Below, one piece after another: positions 1 through 5,706 of a DNA stretch of 13,264 bases. The position numbers and the translations under genes were made by a program. Below the pieces are notes generated by a model that saw nothing but the letters and a program-made list of their open reading frames with translations, made no database searches and was not told the origin of the DNA. Location: IMG/VR virus record IMGVR_UViG_2802429244_000009; one strand, 5' to 3'. Position 1 is the stretch's first letter; each line of letters opens with the position of its first letter. This DNA comes from a virus. Lineage: Duplodnaviria > Heunggongvirae > Uroviricota > Caudoviricetes.

Positions 1-170
1 TTATAAGCGCAGTCCTGAGCAGCCGGATATTGCTCCAGGAATTGCCAGGTAAATTTGGCACGGGCGCGGCGTTCGTCACCGGCTTCAATGGCAGTGGCTA
101 CAGCAACTGCACCTTCTTCCTTTATTGCCTGTTCGTCCGGAATGGCGGCGCAAATAAAGACTTTACTCAT
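1..170 (-). CDS. Hypothetical protein, partial (runs off the window edge); visible N-terminus MSKVFICAAIPDEQAIKEEGAVAVATAIEAGDERRARAKFTWQFLEQYPAAQDCAY; occupies the position downstream of ydfD in the leftward operon
   Basis: ATG at 170-168 (minus) with GAGG about 9 nt upstream. The frame stays open for 56 codons to position 1 with no stop, which is why it is absent from the ORF track. Product not recognised. Confidence 0.4.
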   Translation of the reverse strand, partial: MSKVFICAAIPDEQAIKEEGAVAVATAIEAGDERRARAKFTWQFLEQYPAAQDCAY

Positions 171-250
171 TTTGTTTTAACCTCATTACAGATTTAAGGG
201 TGAACAAATCCCTGCCATTGCTGGCATCTAAAAATGAAACCGGATATTAA

Positions 251-454
251 TTACGGTGCTGCTTTAAGTCCTGCCGGGATTTCGTTATTGTCCATGCGAA
301 TAACTTTATCAACCGGATAACAGTTGCCGGGAATTTTCTGTTCCGCTGCGGCAGCCATGCATTCTTTCATTGAGTCATGTATACCAATAACAAGATCGAC
401 TGGTTCGCCTGTATTAAGAAAAACTGTCAGAACGAGTGCAAATGCTGTATTCAT
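251..454 (-). CDS. ydfD: YdfD-like small protein (67 aa) with hydrophobic N-terminus, immediately downstream of dicB
   Basis: Internal start MNTAFALVLTVFLNTGEPVD... within track ORF 251..508; start lies 2 nt after the dicB stop. Position and size match ydfD of the Qin dicB operon; the sequence match is from memory only. Confidence 0.55.
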   Translation of the reverse strand: MNTAFALVLTVFLNTGEPVDLVIGIHDSMKECMAAAAEQKIPGNCYPVDKVIRMDNNEIPAGLKAAP

Positions 455-456
455 TG

Positions 457-639
457 TCAGCGTCCTTTTTGCATCAGGCGTAAACGGGCCAGCATTGAAA
501 CAATGCATATTTGATTTAATAGCTCCCGTTCGTGTTTTCTCTTATTAATGGCATCTTCAGTAAATACAGGGTTACTGATTCTGACACCAATTTCAAAACA
601 ACCTTCAGACGTATTGACGTTTGGTAATAACGTTTCCAT
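457..639 (-). CDS. dicB: Cell division inhibitor DicB (60 aa)
   Basis: METLLPNVNTSEGCFEIGVRISNPVFTEDAINKRKHERELLNQICIVSMLARLRLMQKGR is near-identical to recalled E. coli K-12 DicB. True start is the internal ATG at 639 of track ORF 457..735, with GAGG upstream. Confidence 0.85.
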   Translation of the reverse strand: METLLPNVNTSEGCFEIGVRISNPVFTEDAINKRKHERELLNQICIVSMLARLRLMQKGR

Positions 640-820
640 TATCGCGTCCTCAACAATGAATTTTGTGATGCGGTGCCTGGTGCCTCCAGGTGACGTTAAC
701 CAGTTAATAATTAACGCCGGATACAGAGAACCCACCCATAAGAACCAATACGGAAGTCAACTGGCCTTTTTAACTGTTCCGCGTGCGCTGAGCCGCATTC
801 ACCGCATCACAAAATTCACT

Positions 821-865
821 TTAAAAAGGGCGGGTATCACGGGGAAAACAAAACGGATACCCGCC
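821..865 (-). terminator. Rho-independent terminator (3' hairpin of the DicF-like RNA)
   Basis: Perfect 10-bp stem GGCGGGTATC (829-838) / GATACCCGCC (856-865) with a 17-nt loop, followed on the minus strand by CTTTTT. Confidence 0.6.
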
Positions 866-882
866 AAAAGGTAATCAACATG
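822..882 (-). ncRNA. dicF: DicF-like small RNA, divergent variant, ending in an intrinsic terminator
   Basis: Minus-strand sequence ...TTTTGGCGGGTATCCGTTTTGTTTTCCCCGTGATACCCGCCCTTTTT parallels recalled K-12 DicF (TTTGGCGGTATC...CCGTGA...CCGCCC plus U-run). Sits upstream of dicB as in Qin. The 5' end is not determinable from sequence. Confidence 0.5.
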
Positions 883-1206
883 GGGTGTTGTGGCGGGGTT
901 GTCACTCAGGCGTATGGTCAACCTGACAACCCGGTGCCACTAATGGGGTAAGGATAACCCCGCCATACTTACCGCCGCGCCATTTCGCGGATTGCCACAA
1001 CCGGAAGCGCACGGTCGAATTAAATTTAACGACACCGTACAGACAGAAGAACTTCGCCGTGCGCTTTCGCGTTATGCCCTGACTTTTCAGGGATATATCC
1101 TTTCAGTAAACTGTCAGTGCCGGATTCTTATCCGTGTCCGGCGCACGACTACACGTGGCAGCGTGTTGGTCTCCATTTTTAACCCAGAACCTCAATGGAG
1201 GATAAA

Positions 1207-1416
1207 ATGCCAAACAGACCAATACATCCGCTTATTGAAAAACAGATTGAATGTCTGGTTAATCAACTCAGGCAATCAGGGTTATTAAAAAACCATTCAG
1301 AGTTAAGGCTCACGAAATCAGCATTTGACGATAAATTAAACAATGTGCTTTATAATGGCATCATTGATTACAATCGTGGTGTTGGTCGTCGTGGCCCTGC
1401 TGGCACCGCCCTGTAA
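1207..1416 (+). CDS. Hypothetical 69-aa protein (MPNRPIHPLIEKQIECLVNQLRQSGLL...), convergent with the 212-aa gene
   Basis: ATG at 1207 preceded by GGAGGA (1196-1201) at good spacing; uninterrupted frame in AT-rich DNA. Stop TAA (1414-1416) directly abuts the stop of the minus-strand gene at 1417-1419. No recognised homolog. Confidence 0.35.
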   Translation: MPNRPIHPLIEKQIECLVNQLRQSGLLKNHSELRLTKSAFDDKLNNVLYNGIIDYNRGVGRRGPAGTAL

Positions 1417-2055
1417 TTACCAGTCAATCCAGAGCGGATAGTGTTCAGCGTAAATATAGCTGTATACATCAAGGTTGTATTTGTGGTCTGCTTTTAACAG
1501 GTCACAAATACATGTTGCTGCTTCCAGGGCTGAAGCTCTGTTACTGAACATCCACGTCGCAACATTCCAGCTATTCTCTGTATCCCATTCTTTCGCAAGA
1601 GTTGACACTCTGAAGGATCCGTTGGCGTTGCCATCAAATACTTCTGTTTCCAGGTTCTTAAGCAATGCCTGATGAACTTTTGTCAGGTATTCAGCCGGAA
1701 TCTTGCCACGGATTCTGATGAGATTGTCATAAACAAACATATTTCCCGCGTATGGCGATTTTTCTTTCTTGTTTTTTAAACCAGCATCATGAGCAAACTG
1801 ATCAATTTCTTCTTTCATTGGTTTCGTATTGATGTTTTGCGCTGTCGTTTCTGCAATTTTCTTTGCCACACTCTCTGAGTCGTGTTTATTTACAGACGAA
1901 CAGAAATACAATCCGGTAAACGCATCGCGCACATTACGAGCCATATTATCAATGTCTTTCTTCGTTGCAGATTCTAATTCAACTTCGGACAGACGTTGAC
2001 AAAGTGCATGCGCTGCAATCACCTTGATTTCTTTTGGTAACTCTTTAAATTCCAT
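1417..2055 (-). CDS. Hypothetical 212-aa protein, AT-rich insert in the early-left operon at the position where K-12 Qin has ydfC
   Basis: Long ORF from the track, co-oriented with ydfA/ydfB/dicB and starting 11 nt after the ydfB-like stop. Composition is visibly AT-richer than flanking phage genes. No motif recognised. Confidence 0.6.
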   Translation of the reverse strand: MEFKELPKEIKVIAAHALCQRLSEVELESATKKDIDNMARNVRDAFTGLYFCSSVNKHDSESVAKKIAETTAQNINTKPMKEEIDQFAHDAGLKNKKEKSPYAGNMFVYDNLIRIRGKIPAEYLTKVHQALLKNLETEVFDGNANGSFRVSTLAKEWDTENSWNVATWMFSNRASALEAATCICDLLKADHKYNLDVYSYIYAEHYPLWIDW

Positions 2056-2066
2056 CTATAACCCCG

Positions 2067-2195
2067 TTAGTCGATAGATTTTGCCGAACTGGAAAGCGCC
2101 TGTTTAAACTCACTGAAGCTGAGAGCTTCTTCGCCTTCGGCAAGGCCTTCGAAGTATTCTTCGTAAGCCTTTTCCATGATTGTGTCGAAATCCAT
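2067..2195 (-). CDS. ydfB: YdfB-like small protein (42 aa; MDFDTIMEKAYEEYFEGLAEGEEALSFSEFKQALSSSAKSID)
   Basis: Hand-translated minus-strand ORF below the track size cutoff. ATG at 2195 sits 1 nt after the ydfA-like stop (TGA-T-ATG). Length equals K-12 YdfB; the sequence identity is not verified. Confidence 0.45.
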   Translation of the reverse strand: MDFDTIMEKAYEEYFEGLAEGEEALSFSEFKQALSSSAKSID

Positions 2196-2196
2196 A

Positions 2197-2352
2197 TCAC
2201 TCACCTGAGTTTCTTTCCAGCCAGCGACGGGCACCATTTTCGGTTTTAAACATTTTGCTTTTGGTATACGTCATCGCGGTGAACGTGCCGTCCTGGTTGG
2301 GAAACACGCCGTACACCAGAGATTCGTTGTTGCCAAGATCGATAGTATCCAT
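2197..2352 (-). CDS. ydfA: YdfA-like small protein (51 aa; MDTIDLGNNESLVYGVFPNQDGTFTAMTYTKSKMFKTENGARRWLERNSGE)
   Basis: Internal ATG at 2352 of track ORF 2197..2430 with GAGG upstream. First gene of the leftward operon downstream of the repressor gene, as in Qin; length matches K-12 YdfA. Confidence 0.5.
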   Translation of the reverse strand: MDTIDLGNNESLVYGVFPNQDGTFTAMTYTKSKMFKTENGARRWLERNSGE

Positions 2353-2531
2353 GTTGACCTCATTTCCCCTTAACGCCGGGGTAGCGGAACAAAAACCTGC
2401 TGCATAGTTAAAGTTGAACCCTGCCGTCATGTTCTTACGCCTCGGGCTGGCTACTTAACCCCTGACCACTGCTTGGTAACTCGAAGTATTGCCCTGCATT
2501 CTGTGGGGGCGGGATGGGTTGGTATGCAATA

Positions 2532-2560
2532 AATCTAAAAGTATTTAGTTTTATAGTCAA
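2532..2560 (-). promoter_or_regulatory. pL-like early-left promoter with overlapping operator palindrome
   Basis: On the minus strand: -35 TTGACT (rc of 2555-2560), 17-nt spacer, -10 TAGATT (rc of 2532-2537). Operator-like ATCTAA-N6-TTAGTT at 2533-2550 overlaps the -10 and spacer and matches the palindrome in the cI/cro intergenic region. Confidence 0.5.
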
Positions 2561-2579
2561 GAGGGATCTAAATTAATTT

Positions 2580-2604
2580 AAAAAAAAGGTCGGCATAACC
2601 GACC
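2580..2604 (-). terminator. Rho-independent terminator downstream of the repressor gene
   Basis: Stem GGTCGG (2588-2593) / CCGACC (2599-2604) with loop CATAA, followed on the minus strand by eight T (plus A-run 2580-2587). Lies about 25 nt after the repressor stop at 2628. Confidence 0.7.
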
Positions 2605-2627
2605 TTAAGTTCAAGAACATGGCAGGG

Positions 2628-3275
2628 TTATAGGTTGAACTGTACACCTTTTGCTACGGCAACAATTTTACACTCTGGCGTAAGCAAGGATGATTGATAG
2701 CGCGGATTGAGAGGGCTTAAATACACAAGTTTTCCATCAATAACTAATTTTTTTATAGTCATAGACGGTTCATTTGTAAGAGGATCTGGAACTATTACAG
2801 CGACGATACTGCCATTTTTATAACTTTCTCCTGGTCTTAGGATCACAGTGGCACCAACTGGGATACTTGGCGACCCTGAGGGGTTATGCATAGTGTCATC
2901 AGGCATTGAAACGGCAAAATCACCTTCCACTACATCAAAGAATGTGGTGATCCTATCGACATTTCCCATTGTTTTCTCTCCTTCTAAGATTAGGAAAGAA
3001 ATCGCGTCACCCCACGAAAAGTAGGGGATCTTGGTGCCTGGATTGCTCTGCACAAAAGATAGTTCAGGAGACGATACTCCATACAGGAGATAGGACTCAG
3101 TAGTTCCTAATGCTTGGGCTAACTTACTTAGAGCTTTGCTGCCGGGTTCGTTTAGATCTTTCTCCCAGTACCCTATAGTAACCCCAGTCACGCCTGAAAG
3201 CTTACCCAGTTCTACTTGGGTGAGTCCCTTATCTTTTCTGAGTTTCTTAAGCCTGATGCCAAGGCTTTCCATCAT
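2628..3275 (-). CDS. CI-like prophage repressor: N-terminal HTH, C-terminal LexA/S24 autopeptidase domain
   Basis: N-terminus LTQVELGKLSGVTGVTIGYWE is an XRE-type HTH. C-terminus carries the S24 signature (AVSM...DTM serine region, TIKKL lysine, LSPLNPRY) paralleling lambda CI (GNSM, FKKL, LQPLNPQY). GGAG RBS upstream of the start at 3275. Confidence 0.85.
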   Translation of the reverse strand: MMESLGIRLKKLRKDKGLTQVELGKLSGVTGVTIGYWEKDLNEPGSKALSKLAQALGTTESYLLYGVSSPELSFVQSNPGTKIPYFSWGDAISFLILEGEKTMGNVDRITTFFDVVEGDFAVSMPDDTMHNPSGSPSIPVGATVILRPGESYKNGSIVAVIVPDPLTNEPSMTIKKLVIDGKLVYLSPLNPRYQSSLLTPECKIVAVAKGVQFNL

Positions 3276-3371
3276 TTTCTCCCGCGAGTTGAATATAAAT
3301 TATTTTAGATCGCATTGACCTAAAAAAAATTATCCTGTAATCTAAAAATACTTAGATTTTAGGAGGGTGAA
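3276..3371. promoter_or_regulatory. Divergent immunity promoter/operator region (pRM-like and pR-like) with operator palindrome
   Basis: Perfect palindrome ATCTAAAAATACTTAGAT at 3340-3357 plus a TTAGAT half-site at 3305-3310. Candidate rightward promoter: -35 TTGACC (3315-3320), 17-nt spacer, -10 TAATCT (3338-3343), overlapping the palindrome. AGGAGG at 3361-3366 serves the cro-like gene. Confidence 0.55.
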
Positions 3372-3599
3372 ATGCGAGTTGATGAACTTGTTCAGTTTTT
3401 TGGCTCTGTTCAGAGGGTCGCTGATTTTTATGGGATAACCCGCGAAGCTATTTACATGTGGCGTAAGCGCCCCGGTGAAATAGTTCCGAAAGGGAGAGCT
3501 GCGGAAGCTGCTGCATACTCCAAGGGAAAATTATCTTTGAACCCAGAGCTTTACAAAAAGAAGGATACCACTCAGAGCGAAAGGAAGAGTGATTCATGA
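3372..3599 (+). CDS. dicC: Cro-type HTH regulator, DicC-like (75 aa)
   Basis: Divergent from the repressor and preceded by a strong AGGAGG. Pattern FGS...A...GI...A.Y.W....VP.GRA resembles recalled K-12 DicC (76 aa). Confidence 0.6.
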   Translation: MRVDELVQFFGSVQRVADFYGITREAIYMWRKRPGEIVPKGRAAEAAAYSKGKLSLNPELYKKKDTTQSERKSDS

Positions 3600-4021
3600 A
3601 AATCAAGCATGAGCACATCCGCATGGCGATGAATGCCTGGGCGCATCCGGACGGAGAAAAAGTTCCGGCAGCTGAAATAACCCGGGCTTATTTTGAACTG
3701 GGTATGACGTTTCCGGAACTGTACGACGATTCACACCCAGAAGCCCTGGCTCGCAATACTCAGAAGATTTTCCGCTGGGTGGAGAAAGACACCCCTGATG
3801 CGGTTAAAAAAATTCAGGCGTTGTTACCAGCGATCGAAAAAGCAATGCCACCTCTGCTGGTGGCCCGAATGCGCAGCCACAGTTCAGCCTATTTTCGGGA
3901 GCTGGTGGAGACGCGGGAACGACTGGTGAGAGACGCTGATGATTTTGTCGCAGTGGCGATCGCTGGTTTCAATCAGATGAATCGTGGTGGTCCGGCGGGA
4001 AATGCCCTGGTGATGCACTAA
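3596..4021 (+). CDS. YdaT-like regulatory protein at the CII position (141 aa)
   Basis: ATG overlaps the cro-like stop (ATGA at 3596-3599) and has an AAGGAAGAG RBS. N-terminus MKIKHEHI... is reminiscent of YdaT-family proteins that follow cro-like genes in Rac-type prophages (memory-based). Confidence 0.55.
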   Translation: MKIKHEHIRMAMNAWAHPDGEKVPAAEITRAYFELGMTFPELYDDSHPEALARNTQKIFRWVEKDTPDAVKKIQALLPAIEKAMPPLLVARMRSHSSAYFRELVETRERLVRDADDFVAVAIAGFNQMNRGGPAGNALVMH

Positions 4022-4044
4022 AAGCACGGTGTTCGGAGTTTTTT

Positions 4045-4992
4045 ATGAGCAGCAAGCTTCATGGTCTTGTCTGGGAAGGGTGCGCCTTCACCGGCATGAT
4101 CTTATCCAGGGTGGCAGTAATGGCTCGCCTTGCAGATTACAGCAATGACGAAGGTGTGTCATGGCCTGCAGTGGAGACCATTCGTCGTCAGATTGGGGCA
4201 AAGAGTGAATCAACGGTTAAAGCTGCGATAGCGGAACTGGAAAAGAACGGCTGGCTGACGAAGGAGGAACGTAAGGTCGGTGGGCGTAATGTAAGCAATA
4301 TCTACCGTCTTAATGTGGAAAAACTAGAAGCAGCAGCAGCGGCGGCGCGTGAGGCATATAAACCGAAAAGAAAAATTAGCCAGGCAAAAAATGACCCGTC
4401 AAATATTGCCCCCTCAACGGTTGACCCCTCAAATTTTGATGGATCAACCATTGATAAAAAACAGCCGGATAGGGGGGCGATGGTTGGCCCCGATCCGTCA
4501 GTATTAAAACCTGATCCGTCAGATAAAAGATCTTTTCGTCCGGAAGCTTCGCAACCGGACTCGCAGACGGCTGAACAGGATTTTTTAACCCGACACCCTG
4601 ACGCGGTTGTGTTCAGTGCGAAAAAACGCCAGTGGGGTAGCCAGGAAGATTTAGCGTGTGCGCAGTGGATCTGGGGACGAATCGTGAGTCTTTACGAGCA
4701 GGCTGCCAGCGATGATGGCGAAATCATGCGACCGAAAGAACCCAACTGGACTGCATGGGCCAATGATGTGCGCACAATGCGGATGCTGGATGGCAGAACT
4801 CACAGACAAATTTGCGAAATGTTTGGTCGGGTACAGCGGGATCCATTCTGGGTAAAAAACGTCATGAGCCCGTCAAAGCTTCGCGAAAAATGGGATGAGC
4901 TGGTTATTCGTCTGGGGCGTTCGCCTGTACAGCGTTGCGTGAATCACATTTCTGAACCGGATACCGAAATTCCGCCGGGCTTCAGGGGGTAA
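4045..4992 (+). CDS. Replication initiation / replisome-organizer protein (O-like; N-terminal winged-helix region, C-terminal DnaT-like region)
   Basis: 315-aa ORF with GGAG RBS, located where the O gene sits in lambdoid genomes. N-terminal region resembles phage replication-protein wHTH domains; low-complexity acidic/Pro linker; C-terminal W/F-rich region (DPFWVKNVMSPSKLREKWDEL). Assignment is by position and motif, not verified. Confidence 0.6.
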   Translation: MSSKLHGLVWEGCAFTGMILSRVAVMARLADYSNDEGVSWPAVETIRRQIGAKSESTVKAAIAELEKNGWLTKEERKVGGRNVSNIYRLNVEKLEAAAAAAREAYKPKRKISQAKNDPSNIAPSTVDPSNFDGSTIDKKQPDRGAMVGPDPSVLKPDPSDKRSFRPEASQPDSQTAEQDFLTRHPDAVVFSAKKRQWGSQEDLACAQWIWGRIVSLYEQAASDDGEIMRPKEPNWTAWANDVRTMRMLDGRTHRQICEMFGRVQRDPFWVKNVMSPSKLREKWDELVIRLGRSPVQRCVNHISEPDTEIPPGFRG

Positions 4993-5032
4993 ATGTTTAT
5001 TTCAGGTCATGAGGTAATTTTCAGGAGGACTT

Positions 5033-5383
5033 GTGGCAAAAGTATTTACACAAGAAGAGCGGGAAAAAATTAAGGGGCTGGTTGTTGAACTCGTGCGCCA
5101 GAGCGGGCGCGAGACGTTACGACAACTGGAAGCTAAGACAGGTGCGACAAGACATTTAATGAGCGTTCTCGCAAGAGAGCTGGTCGCCAGTAGTGATGTA
5201 TACAACTCTGGCTACGGGTTATTTCCCACTGAACAGACTCATAGGGACTGGCAAAACGCCCGCAAAAAACTATCCAGGGCAAAGGTGAAAAAAACAGCTG
5301 TGGTTGATCTGGACCTTATCTGGTCATTACCAGACGGAGGAATACGCCGCTATGACAGGCGTCAGGACATCATTTGCCGCTAG
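5033..5383 (+). CDS. Hypothetical 116-aa protein following the replication gene
   Basis: GTG start at 5033 preceded by AGGAGG (5023-5028); composition similar to flanking phage genes. No recognised domain. Confidence 0.5.
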   Translation: MAKVFTQEEREKIKGLVVELVRQSGRETLRQLEAKTGATRHLMSVLARELVASSDVYNSGYGLFPTEQTHRDWQNARKKLSRAKVKKTAVVDLDLIWSLPDGGIRRYDRRQDIICR

Positions 5384-5592
5384 TGCCGGCAGAGCAAATT
5401 TATGTAGTGTGTGTTGGCGTTTTATCGGGGAAATTTTCACTAGGTTGTGTGGTGATGAAATTAAAGGGCATTGCTTGGATGTGAATAAACGTTTCCGTGA
5501 CACAGGGGGAGCGCTTGTTTGCCTCTTTGTCTTATGCCAGAAAAGAGTAGTTAAAATATGTATTGAAAAGCGATTTCCTACAGCTATCACCC

Positions 5593-5621
5593 TTGTAAGC
5601 CAGAGTTATACAAAATATTAT
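5593..5621 (+). promoter_or_regulatory. Candidate sigma70 promoter for the KAP NTPase gene
   Basis: -35 TTGTAA (5593-5598), 17-nt spacer, -10 TATTAT (5616-5621), about 85 nt upstream of the GTG at 5707, within an AT-rich intergenic region of roughly 320 bp. Confidence 0.4.
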
Positions 5622-5706
5622 CTCTGCAGAAGTCTTACGTTTTCCGGAGCGTGCATAAAGGGAAACTATTACAAGCCCCGAGCTCACTTAAAGGAGATCG
5701 CTAGTT

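Noticed and set aside
457-735. 92-aa extended version of the dicB ORF from the track
   Set aside because: The N-terminal 32 residues have no DicB counterpart; the internal ATG at 639 has its own RBS and gives a DicB-sized protein.
992-1288. 98-aa plus-strand ORF
   Set aside because: No RBS; overlaps the better-supported 1207-1416 ORF in another frame; looks like a chance frame across structured, GC-rich intergenic DNA near the DicF element.
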